Below, one piece after another: positions 12,960 to 24,870 of a stretch of 64,000 bases of DNA (its first letter is position 1; the number at the start of each line of letters is the position of its first letter). A program made the position numbers and the translations under genes. The notes beneath the pieces were generated by a model, which made no database searches, was not told where the DNA came from, and saw nothing but the letters and a program-made list of their open reading frames with translations. Where the stretch lies: the NCBI RefSeq assembly GCF_008831285.2, contig NC_045138.2:40238001-40302000 (forward strand), read 5' to 3'. Source of the DNA: Nymphaea colorata (lineage: Eukaryota).

Positions 12960-15900
12960 TTCTATGTTGAGATTGTTTCTGAAAGTCGTGAACTTCATTC
13001 CTCCAAGAGCCTTTGTCATCCCATCTGCTAGTTGCTCTTTGGTTTGAATAAAGTTTACTTGTATCTCTCCCTTGTTGACATGATCTCTAATGAAGTGAAA
13101 ATCAATTTCATCATGTTTGGTACGAGCAGAAAGACTGGATTTGCTGTTGGGTATAAAGCACCTATATTATCGCACCATAGGACCAGTGTATCTTGTGAGG
13201 AGATCTTCAATTCTTTGAGAAGCGATTTTAACCATAGTATTTTAGCAACAACACAGGCTAGGTATTTGTACTTAGCTTCAGTGCTGGATCGAGTTACTGT
13301 CCTTTATTTTCTGGAGGCCCATGAGATAACATTATTTCCTAAAAGAGCAACAAAACCATTAGTCGACTTTCGGTCTTCCAGACTTCCAGCCTAGTCTGCA
13401 TCGGCATAGATGCTTAATTGCAATGAAGGTGATTGAGTCAAGCGAAGAACATAATGATTTGTGCCTTTTAAATACCAAAGTATTCTTTTAACCATTGTCC
13501 AATGAGCCACTTTGGGAGAGTGCATGAACTGACAGACACGATTTACTGCAAATGTAATATCAGGGCATGGTCAGTGTAACATACTGTAACGCACCTATCA
13601 CACTCCGATATAGCGTGGGATCCGAAAAGGAGGATTCTTCAATGGCTGTGACATTTTTGATAGTCACCATGGGAGACATCGTGGTCCGTTTTAGCTTTGT
13701 GAAGAATGCTATTAATGTAATTTTGTTGGCATAGGTATATCTCCTCGGGATGTCGCTTGACTTCAATGCCTATAAAATAGGTGAGAGGGCCAAGATCTTT
13801 AACCGAAAAAATGGAACCAAGCTATGAAATGATATGAGAAATGGGAGCTGGTGCAGACCCGGTGATGATCAAATCATCAACGTAAACCAGAAGATAAAGT
13901 TGATGCCCATCACGAGAGTAAATAAACAAGGATGCATCAGATTGAGACACCACAAAACCAAGATCAATAAGAAAGCAGCTCAGGCGATGATACCATGCAT
14001 GTGGAGCCTGCTTGAGTCCATAGAGTGTTTTATCTAATTCGCAAACATAATGAGGAAATGTGGTATCTTGAAATCCCTCGGGTTGAGCCATATAGACATC
14101 TTTGGAAAGATACCCATTAAGAAATGCATTGTCAAAATCAAGTTGCCGTAAAGACCAACCAAAGTGGGCAGTTAGAGAGAGTAACACTCTGATAGTGGTG
14201 GGTTTTATAGTGGGACTAAAAGTTTCTTAATAGTCATTGCCAGCCGTTTGAAGAAAACCCCGACCGACAAGTCGAGCTTTATGCCATGTAATGGAACCAT
14301 CAAGGTGACGTTTGATTTTATAAACCCATTTGGAACTGATGACATGGAGATTTGGGTGTGGGGATACAAGATGTTCTGTTTTTCTGCAATGCTGAGAACT
14401 CATTTTGCATAGTATTAAGCCAACACGCTGATTGAATGACTTCTTTAAAATTCTCTGCTTCCTCTTGTGTTGTGATAGATGAAAAAACTTTTGGTTTTGA
14501 TGAACCAGTCATGGAACGGGTCAACATTGGATGAAATCAAGTGGGATGATCAAGACTAGTGGTGACAACATCAATAGCCAAATTGGACGTAGTTGGTGCA
14601 TCCAGAACTGATGGGTGTCACTGATGTAGGATTTGTAGCCTTATTGAGCGATAGACCGAGGTGAAATCGTGGCAGAGGTTTTAGCCATTGGAAGGGGTAA
14701 CACAGTATATGTGGAGGCTGGCGTGGACTGTGTTGGATCACACATTGAATCAACTAGACTAGAAGGAGAGCCGTAGGTCGTATTTGGCAGCCAATGAGAG
14801 AGTAGTTCATCTGAGAAATCCTCAGGACAATCGGACCCATCGGTATGAGTTTCATCAAAGACAACATGCCGAGATATAAGAATGCGATGATGTCTCTTGT
14901 CATAGCATAAATATCCTTTATGATGACTAGTATAACCCAAGAAAATACATGGAATAGTCTTGGGCTGAAATTTGGAATCATAAGCATCAATAGTGGATAG
15001 CATGTGGTTCCAAAAACCCTCAAGTGTGCACATTCTGGATCCTTGTGATTTAACATATAAAAGGGTGATTTGAGCTGTAATTTCAACGATGGTAAATGAT
15101 TGATAACATAAATGGCAGTGTGAAAAACATCAACCCAGAAATTATAGGATAATCCAGCATCATAAAGCATACTTAATCCTCTCTCGACCATATGACGATT
15201 TTTCTGTTCAACAATTCCATTTTGTTCCGGAGTGTAAGGGCAAGAAAATTGATGCAGAATCCCATGTTCATCACAGAATAAAGCTAAGTCAGAGTTCACA
15301 AATTCTTTGCCGAGCATATATGTGCATTTAACTGCTTTTCAATCAAGGTCTTAAAATTCTTGAAACATATAACAACTTCAGACTTAGCTTTGAGAGAAAA
15401 CAACCATAAAAATATAGAATAATCGTCAACGATGAGTAGAAAGAACCTGAATCTCTCTCGAGAGGTGGTCGGGGCATGTCCCCATACATCCATGTGAAAC
15501 ATTTCAAGAGGTTGTAGGCTTGAAAATCAGAAGTTGGAAAGGGTTGCTTATGTGACTTTCCTAAAAGACAAGACTGACGTACTCCTTTTGGAATAGGATA
15601 ATTTATTGATATGAACCTACTAGAATATAAAAAACCGATGATCTTCTTGTTGGCATGACCAAGACGCCATTGCCATAGTTCAAATGAAGCTTAAGCAACT
15701 CAGAGAACATAATAAAGGCATTTGAAGAATTGGCACTAATGAGAGTCACACAAATTTCGTATTCAATAAGCAAACAATTCATTCTGATTTGTACAAGATC
15801 ATCATCCATTATGTCTAATCCTACCGCGGTTAGCGTATCTACAAGAAGTTTGATTCGGTCCAAGTAGGTTTGCATATCCACATTGCCCTTTTGAATGAAA

Positions 15901-16280
15901 TGTAACTCCTTTCATAGCAGCATTATTCTCAAAGGTGTTTGAGAACTAAAAGACCTTTTCAGCGTATTCCATCACTCAAACACTGATTTACTAGTCACGA
16001 TTTGTCTGAGAATTGGTTTAGAGATGGTGCCGTTGATCCAACTTAGTGCTAGTTGATCAGACCTCTTCCAAACAGCGAACTCCGAATTTACTTCAATCTT
16101 GCCATCCTTCACAATGGTTCCTAAAGGAGCGAGGAACGTCTAATCTATGAACTGTATAAGTTCTTGGGACTCCATGATTGATTCCAGCTGAGAGCTCCAT
16201 AGTAGATAGTTGTCTTGGTTAAGTTTAACAGAAACAAGTGCAGTGATAACATTTCATTGAGTTGACGATGAGGTTGCCAT
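12960..16280 (-). pseudogene. Disrupted gag-pol of the Copia element
   Basis: Fragments in ORFs 15603-15881, 15296-15502, 14754-15317, 14641-15033, 14318-14527, 13822-14187 and 13560-13766, separated by frameshifts and in-frame stops. Confidence 0.92.
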
Positions 16281-17148
16281 AATACTCCTAGAGGAAGAAG
16301 ATGATGGTTACAACAAAACAGAGGACGTTACACTGTCAGTAGCTCCAGGGACCTCTGTCTCTTGAAAAATCAGCAACTTCTCGCTAGATTGTCCATAAAT
16401 TTTGAGATTCGGACAAAAAATAATAGACTCCCAATGGAATCTAACACCACCAAGTTCGTTTTTAGATCCGATCCACAGCAAAATCGAGCCTAGGTTGAAG
16501 TGATGCCTCAGTCTGGATCACTTGTTGAGTTTCAGCTTCAATACAGTCGCAAGGAGCTCTTTAGACCAGCCTGTACTAAAAAATTCATAGCGCCCTGGTG
16601 TCAACTCCAAAAAATCTGAAATTTGGTGAGATAGCCAAGAGGAAGATGATTCCAATAGGTCCTAGCTCGACCCAAACGGTGGCCGGAGCTAACAACACTG
16701 ACAATCTGATTTTCAGCAAGATTTCTGGTCACAGCAGGCGGCTGGAGCTGACAACGATTGGAAGCGCAACTTCTGGACGGTGGTTCCTATTCAGTCTCAC
16801 GGCGAATGATGGTCAGTATAGATAACGACGAATTTTTGAAGTTGGAAGGCAGTGTTCAGTGAGGAAGAAGACACTGCTAGGAAGGCAGCCGAAAATCTGG
16901 AGATTCCAGTCGGCTCAAGCATCAGATCCAGTTGAGCTTGGGCTGGTTGGAACTAGAACGAATGGGGGGTGTTGATTGAGTACTATGGAGGCCAACAGTT
17001 GTCGACTCCGGTGGTGATGTTGAGATGAACATGGATGTAGGAATGCTGCTGAACAGAGCAACAAGGATCTCTACAGTGTTTTGCTGCAAAGAAAACTTTG
17101 TAGTCGACCAGGATGTTAGGAAGATCAAGATGGAGCGCTCTGATATGA

Positions 17149-17438
17149 TGAAAAGCCTCAAGAATATCGTGAAAGAGAGAAAGAGAGGACATGAGTTATA
17201 CTGAAATCTCTTCTCTATTGTATATGATTGAGAATATAGCAAATATATAGAGTACAATTGATGAGAGGTTACAACAAAATAAGGCAAGATATAAAAACTT
17301 ATCAGATCCACAATTATAGGGGATTAATGTTTTTTTATCTCTCGCTAATCAGATCCACAATTACAGGCTCGTCAATCTCTTGCCGATTCGATCCACAATT
17401 ATAGGTTCGTCAATCTTCATCTAAAACCTTCCTTAACA
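17149..17438 (-). repeat. 5' LTR of the Copia element
   Basis: 290 bp, TGAAAAGCC...CCTTAACA on +, adjacent to the PBS remnant; about 17 substitutions and 2 indels versus the other LTR by manual alignment. Confidence 0.95.
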
Positions 17439-17579
17439 GAATGTTTACTGTGACCATACCGATGATGTTTATAAACATCAATTTGATTGAAATGATGAAC
17501 AACCATGTGGATTGAAGAGGAGACCAGCAGACTGCAAAAGGATCAAAAGAAAGCAAAAATAAACAAGGAAAAAAAATGG

Positions 17580-17810
17580 TATAACAACCCAACCTATTCG
17601 TGGACTCAAGTCATACCACTATAGTAACCCGACCAATTCTTGGGCTCGGGCCCATAGTTTGGCGGATTCCAACCCACCCCTTAGCAGTTTTGGCTCCAAC
17701 CCAAAAAAGGTTCACAACCAGGACAATCATCTAATTAATGACCTCCCTTTATAAGCCCTTGAAGACCCCTCACAATCTTCAATACAAGACTAAATTTTTA
17801 GAGTGTTACA
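17580..17810 (-). mobile_element. TRIM/solo-LTR-like remnant
   Basis: Ends in ...GAGTGTTACA; shares TTAATGACCTCCCTTTATAAG..TTGAAGA.CCCT with 41957-42106. Confidence 0.55.
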
Positions 17811-17897
17811 GATAAAAAGATACAACACATGAGGGGTTCAACCCTAAATTTTTAGAGTGTTACAGATGAAGAGATACAACACATAAGTGGTTCAGCC
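17790..17897. repeat. 54-bp tandem duplication
   Basis: CTAAATTTTTAGAGTGTTACAGAT.AA.AGATACAACACAT.AG.GGTTCA.CC present twice (starts 17790 and 17844). Confidence 0.9.
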
Positions 17898-20240
17898 CTG
17901 ATGGTGACCAGCTTGCATCCTAAGGTGTCACGGTACCAAAAGCAACACCTGCTTCACAGGGAGCAAATGGGCATTAATTTCCCAAGCGAACACAAAAAGA
18001 GCAGTCTTGCCGACTGCAACTGTTGTTGGTTTCCCTTGATACAAAAAATGACAGTCATTTTCCCACAAGATTTTGGATGTCAAATGAATATCAATGGACT
18101 ACAACATACTTGACCTGGTTGGATCAAGCTCTGAATAAAATATTAGTGGTGCGACCCATTTTCTTTTTTCTTTTTTCATTTGGCTGAGGCTAACCAGGCC
18201 ACCGCCCGATTAAGCCAGCAAAGTTGCATGGCTTGGCCTTTTTCAACTGAAAGTCTTCATTAACAATGTTGTTAAAGGTGATGACGTGAAGCAAAGCAAC
18301 AAGCGTATCATGATGCGGGGCATAAGCCTAAAGGCATTGAAGCATAAGCTTCAGGATCAAAATAATGAAATCTAAATCAAAAATTAAAGAAAAACAGCTC
18401 AAGTGAGAAACATATCAGTAAACAGTAATATATCATAAACATGGAATAAGAAAAACATAAAACAAATGCCTCTGTACATAAACAAAACATGAAATAATTT
18501 CATAATCATGATCAAGGACCCATAATCATCAGCAGCATAAACAACAAAAATTTCTAGTACATGTTTTTACCAAGTAGTTGATACCTGCCTGCCAACAACA
18601 CAAATAAAACTCCCGAAGTCCATGAGCAACAATAAGACAGGTCCAACTTAGACGAGTTGTTAGTGATTCTCTAAGTAACAAGTTTGGTAGGCTTACGAAC
18701 AGTTATATTTCAATCATAAATATGCACAGAGAGAAGAACTGAATTAAAGAGTGGTAGAATGTCTATTAAAACACGAAATAAATGGACAAAAACTTATTGT
18801 CTAATTATCGATGTAAAACAAAAGTAGTGTAAGATATAACATTTTGATCTCAAATAAACAACTTCAGAAAAAAATTAGTGACTGACATTTTATAAATCCC
18901 AACTGTTGCCATGGAGCCCTTCATTTTGTGGAGAGGAATGCCACCTTCAACAGCTACAGGATTAAAATTTAAGACAAACACCACCCTGTTGACCAGGAGG
19001 GAGAATTTCGAGGGCTCCACCTAAAAGTTTCAGACACTACTTCAGATTGCAGCAAACAGGAAATACCTAGAACTCCTTGGAAGGTATCTTCTGATGAAAA
19101 GAATATTAATTTCCAGATTTTTGGGGAATAATAAGAAGTGCTTCCCACCACCTGTATCTCGGGGACCATCTTTTCCTATACACTGTTTTCTCGTTGCAAT
19201 TTGGAGCCACCACACCCTTATTACATCAAATGGCTTGTCTCCCCCCGTTAAATGTGAACAGAAGCTTGAGACAATAAAGCAAAACCAAGACTACTTATTT
19301 CCATGATTTTTTTTTTAAGTACATGAAAGGTTGTCATATGAATGGTGATTGATGAACTAGAATTACAAATGTATGCTAACCTTGGACAATGCATAATGGT
19401 CATATATCAAAGACTTTGAGTTTGCAGACCCTGCTTTAGAAACTTTTTCAGCTGCTGGAACAGCTGATCCAACATTGTTCCTTGCAATCGCCATGTTTGG
19501 CTTTGCTTTGCATTTCAAGTTAGTCAAGGAGCTTAAGCAGATAAGCAAACAGTTGGAATGCGTAAAACATCTGACTGGTACCCATTATTTCGCCAGTCAA
19601 ACTAAGCTAGAACCAACCCAAAAGCACGAATACTAATATACTTACTCAAAAACCAAGCACATGAAACGAAGAATGCCACCAAGAAAGTTTTTGCGAACTC
19701 AGTAGCATACAAAACCTCTCAGTTCTTGATTATGATTACTGAACAACGCACGAGCTCCTTTGCAAGAGAGAGAAAGATTGATCTTTGTGGCCTCCTGATG
19801 CCAACCAACTTTCTGAGAATACGAGAGAGAGAGAGAGAGAGAGAGAGGAGCGTTTCAGGTTTAAGGATTTTAATTGTAAAAAAAAAAAACAGAAAAAGAA
19901 AAAGAAAAGTAAAACACAAACATGTCTTTAGTCAGAGAATGAAAAACATATGTAGGAGCTCGCAATTTCTATGGGTCATGTGAAGTAACCAAAATTATTT
20001 CTCAAATGTCTCCATTGCGTTTTCTGTCAATGAAGTTTATGCCCCTCATTTTGCATAGCCAGGAGGTAATTGGCTCATTTTGCAGCATCTCACTGGTCGA
20101 ACCAATGGGCCGGCCATGATCTCTCTCTCCGATTATCGTCTAGTAGTAAATAATTTTTCTTGTTTTCTCTCTTCTATTGTCGGCTAGTAGTAAATAACTT
20201 TTCTTGTTTTCTCTTAAATAATTTTTCTTGATCGGGCCAT

Positions 20241-20475
20241 TAAGGCTGGGCATCTCGTCCGATAAATGGGTACCGGATATTGGGCTCGACTCGGGCCCAA
20301 GGCTCAGACCAAGGCATCCGACTGTCTCGATAACTTATTGGGTAACATTTTTTTAATACATATCCTATTGATTTATATATATATATTATAGTATTTTATC
20401 AGCCGGGTGTTGGTCTAGGCCCGGGACTTGAATTTCGGGTATCAAACCAGCTCAAACCCGATTCCTTATGGGCCT
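20241..20475. mobile_element. MITE fragment, TAAGGCTGGGCATC-terminus family
   Basis: Starts TAAGGCTGGGCATC with GGGCTCG/CCCG-rich arms around an AT-rich core; related to 25811-26063 and 52510-52855. Confidence 0.55.
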
Positions 20476-21539
20476 TGCAGCCGAAGCATTGCAAATGTTG
20501 GGATGATAGGCATTCTTGTGGGGATGTGAGTTGTTGGCAGCCAATGAAGCCGATCGTTATCGTTGCTTAAATGATTGACCTGAAAATGTGCATAGTAATA
20601 ATGCCTATGTGGGCTAAGAATTAGTCTTCACGCCTTTTCTCTCTCTCTCCCTAGGCCATTATTTCACAAGTATATTAGTATTTCTTACCATTATTGCCAA
20701 TAATGCTGGCAGGTTTCGACATATCATAATAATATCAAAGGCAAACTCTGACTGTTCTCCTCCTGACAGGCATTGAGGACACTATTGCAGATGAAATGCA
20801 CAAAAGGACCAAAAATTTTTTTTCTTTAAGACTTGTCACTTGATAAAATTGCATCGTCATCTCTTAAGCATAGACCACACCAGGCTGCTGCTATACAAAA
20901 GGAAAAATGGAAAATAATCCAAGCCCAATATTGACGATCCTTCATAGCCAGGCGACTATGTTAATGGGAAAGGAAATCCAAGGCCAGTACTGATGATCCT
21001 TCATACCAGGAATAGCAAGCTAATAACCACATCATTATGTCATTGTAATTACTCGGTCCAAATATATCTTAGACTACGAATGTTGTTTTAAACGGATTCA
21101 ACCAACTATGTGGCATGGTCCAAATATATCTTAGGAAAATCAAAACCCATTACATTAATAATAATAATAATAATAATAAAAAAACCGAGCCAATACCGAT
21201 GATCCTTCATATGAGGCATGAAATGCTAATTCCCACCTTCTTGTGTCATGGTAATTACTCGGTTCTGTGGAAAGGTTCATTTTTCTCTCTACTACTCAGT
21301 TCTGTGGAACCCAAAGAAAGGTTCATTTTTCTCTCTACTTACGGCTCTCCTCAAGACTCATAAAATAAGCAATAAAACGTGGACGACAAGAAATAGACAA
21401 TCATAAGGAAGAGATCGAATTTACCGTTTAGTGATTACTTATCCAAGTTTCAAAGGCATGTCTAGCCTCAAGGGACTTAGAGCAGCGGGGCATAAGGTGA
21501 CTCACAGTCAAGGGGTTTAAGGTTTGAATAATGTGGTCG

Positions 21540-21719
21540 CTGGCCATGGCCCCATCCAACCAAATGAATATATATATATATATACATAGTGTAAAAATTG
21601 ATTTTTTTTTGCCTTCATGTATTTTTTTAATATGAATTCAGTTTGGCCCTACCCAAATCCAACCCACAAAACTCACCCTCCATTTGTCCCCCCTGAAAAA
21701 AATCTTGGCTTCGCCCTTG
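21540..21719. mobile_element. hAT-type MITE remnant, reverse-complement homolog of 24671-24870
   Basis: Ends TGGCTTCGCCCTTG; internal CTTCATGTATTTTTT and TTCAGTTTGGCCC match the reverse complement of 24737-24775. Confidence 0.6.
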
Positions 21720-21942
21720 GTCGTTGTTACGCTTTGGTGCACTATTTTTTTGAGTTACAAACGATGACCAAACAGTTTGGTTGAAGAATGTACCGTAGGT
21801 TTACCCAAGCTTTGAAGCAAGTTAGAACTTTAGATGTACAAGAATACGTCATTAAGGGTTTTATGCAGAAGGTGGCTTTTGTCAAGTAAATATTAAAGAA
21901 AAAAAGTTCCATAGGCATGTCGGGACAAGTTACAGTTGTACA

Positions 21943-22131
21943 CAAGGGTGGAACCAAAGGGGGGGGGGGGGGGGGCGTGCAGGGGGCTTTATCCCCCTCA
22001 ATTTAAAAAAAAAAATTACATGTTTACTTGTCCTATATATAAAAATTTTAAAAAATGATATTTTGGCCCTTGTCAAAATTTAGAAGCTCCAACTCAGCTC
22101 TCCTCATGAAAATTTTTTGGCTCTGCCCTTA
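21943..22131. mobile_element. hAT-type MITE with 8-bp TSD
   Basis: Imperfect TIRs CAAGGGTGGAACCA / TGGCTCTGCCCTTA, flanked by perfect GTTGTACA at 21935-21942 and 22132-22139. Confidence 0.85.
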
Positions 22132-24670
22132 GTTGTACAGTATGCCAGTTTGATGCCATTGACATACAAAATGTGAAAGAGAAGTCAGAATCCTTCAGCT
22201 TTCGCCACACTCGTGTTCGACAATGGGACTTGAGAGGCCATATTCTCATGAGTATTGAATCATCTAACCTCAATTGTAGTTATGCTTTCCCAATGAGAGA
22301 GAAGTTCATGGAAAAGTGCTGAATGGTGAAAGAAATATGCATGTATGTTCTTCCCAACTGCAATTGAATAAAAGTCCTCAGTTACAGCTGAATGGTGATG
22401 GTGATATTATTGCCATTCAAAAGCTTCAAGGAATTCTTCAAATTAGACCTTGGGATCTTGAGCAAGCATGGTTGTGACGCCAAACAAACTACCAGTTCCC
22501 TCTAGGTATTCTCGAGTCTCCAGTGTCAAGTCAACAGTTAGCTTGTTGATTTCAAGGTCACCCATTCCGTGATTAATAACATCTTATGCTTTCACAACTT
22601 AGGCGAACACAAAAAATGTGTCACTTTCCAAATGGGTCTTCCATCGCTACGAAATGTAATAGTAAAATTCAGTTTTTCAAAGAATGCATGCAAGTAACAA
22701 TGAAGTTTGCCCACACAATATATTAGAATAGAGGGTTGTTGGAATCTTTTGGTCATCCAGCCATCCGGATGTCTCACACACACAGCGCACCCAATGCATT
22801 AGGCTACATATTTGAAACATCTGGATGGCTGGAGCATTCCTAGTTGTGTGTGTGTGCATGCACACTCATATGTCCATTTGAAGATCGATATATGAGAGGA
22901 GGGCACTAGCCCCCTCTAATAAAAAGTAAAGAAACTCCATGTATGGAAAAATATAATAAGCATCCCTTCTCAACTAAAAATTTACATATTAAACCTAACT
23001 TGTCATTCACTTTCATAGTTTTCCTTTTTCTTTTTAATGAAATCTAGCTATTCGCTAGATATTAGTCAGGGAACTTGAGATCAGGTGCAAAGCCTCCGTT
23101 CTTGCCTAAGTGCTTGCAAGGGGACTTACATATCAAATTCTATACTGTGAAAAGTGTGATACGATCTCTTACTTGATAATGATTTTATTTTTTTTTCCTT
23201 TTCAACAAATTAAGAATCTATGGTCCTCAAGTGGGTTGGCGTTACTGTCCGAGTTGCTATAAAAGGAAGCCATTCGCATGCAAGTTGAAGTGGTAAGGGG
23301 GGCGCAACCTCGAGACATTAAAGCAAGTCATATACCATAGGGGGATAAGGAGTTGGATGAGAACTTGGTCTCTTAATTAAGATGAATATTCATCTAGCTC
23401 ACCCAGAAATAAAATTTTACTACAAAGGTAATGTAAGAACATTGTCTTTTTCTGAAGATATTTTAGTTGGATCCGCCTCCACCTAAACAAGATGATGGAA
23501 CAGAAAGGGGTAATTTGTATAAAAATAATTCATGTAACTACTTAAATCATGTCTAGATCAGCACAACGACTAAACGTAGGGCCCCAATTGACTAATATTT
23601 TCTTTACACATGACATGTTCAAGGAGATATCAGAGAATTTCCCCAGGTTCGCAAGTTGATGTGGTTGCTCAAAGTCGCGTTATACATTTTGTAACGCAGC
23701 AACTGACGAAAGCAGTCCCTTGACAGCTTAGTCCGCTGCATGGGCAGCTGGATTCCAAAACAGGCCAGATATGGTTGTCTAAGATACAGAGGATAGTTCT
23801 AAACTGTATACAGATGGCACATGTCTTTACATCGACATTCATTATGAAATTTTGAAAATTGATTAGAATCCACGAATTTAAATTTGAATGAACAAGATTT
23901 TTTTTTAACCTAAATTTTGAATATACGTGTAGCTCAAAATTAACATGTTAATTTTGTATAACCATAAAATGAGAAGCATTCAAGAAGCTTTTGGCAAGGT
24001 AGATCAAATATTTTAAAAGGTTTTTGAGTACTATGACATGGGCATTCGTTTACCTTAGTTCTCGGATTACTGGAGATCTCAGATGTGAGGATTTGAAGTC
24101 AGACCCCTTCATATATCGGACCTCAAATATGAGGTTTTGGGCATATATTGCGGATCTCAAATTCTCTCTCGCTCTCTTTTTAACGCAATGATGAAATTTG
24201 TGTTCGTTTACTATGTGGATCTGACATAAAAGGAATTTCAAATCAGTTGTACATACCCTAACTGGCATAAAAATCTCAAAATTAGTACATTCACAAAGGA
24301 ATGTTAATGGATTTGTTTGAATCGAGGATGTAGCCTTTACCATATCCAATTTATGAGATGTTCAAATATTTGGATTGAATTTGGACTTGTTTTTTTTAAA
24401 AAAAAATCTATGTCATATCTAAATCCTACTTTTAAAGTCAAAATCCAAATTTCCGACCGACTTTAAAATACATGCATATGAGATGGAGACACCATCGAAG
24501 CAGCCCCTGCCTGCCTTCCTCCATCTTTTTTCTGTCCCTTGGGTCTACAATTTACAGTTAAGTTGAATAACACCCATAAAAATTGATATGGTGACCAGGT
24601 TTTGATTAGCCGGGCAACTAGATTAACTAAGCAATGCCCCTCATAGTTGAGGGCATAAGGTGTAGCCTAT

Positions 24671-24870
24671 CAAGAGCTAGAATTTTTTTCAGGAACGAGT
24701 CAAATGGGAGCCGAGTTTTGTAGGTTGAATTTGAATTGGGCCAAACTGAACTCACATTCAAAAAATACATGAAGACAAAAAAAAAATTTCAAATTTTACA
24801 TTATATATTTTTTTCATTCGATTGAAGTGAAGCCATGGCCTAAGGGGCGCCCCCCTCCATCCGTCCCTCT
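24671..24870. mobile_element. hAT-type MITE remnant, inverted copy of the 21540-21719 family
   Basis: GGGCCAAACTGAA...AAAAAATACATGAAG...GCCATGGCC is the reverse complement of motifs at 21541-21650. Confidence 0.6.

Larger units (their letters stand above)
12647..17438 (-). mobile_element. Ty1/Copia LTR retrotransposon, degenerate and internally deleted (RE1/RE2/Ale-like)
   Basis: Two 290-bp TG...CA LTRs; 5-bp TSD GAATG at 12642-12646 and 17439-17443. Degenerate tRNA-Met PBS (+ strand GCTCTGATATGA, 17137-17148) and PPT (12937-12950). Minus-strand domain order is gag (VKLNQDNYLLW), LWQWRLGH, integrase (HMDVWG, SCPYTPEQNG), RT ([25 protein letters not shown]), RNase H (TKHDEIDFHFIRD, QLADGMTKAL). 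Many stops and frameshifts. Confidence 0.96.

Noticed and set aside
13032..13394. 120-aa plus-strand ORF inside the retrotransposon
   Set aside because: Antisense shadow of the RNase H region; no independent coding signal.
17505..17530. TGGATTGAAGAGGAG, partial resemblance to miR159/319
   Set aside because: Match is short and gapped, and no complementary star arm was found nearby.
23225..23410. Possible SINE-like remnant with A-rich tail
   Set aside because: No convincing pol III A/B boxes, TSD or second copy in the window.
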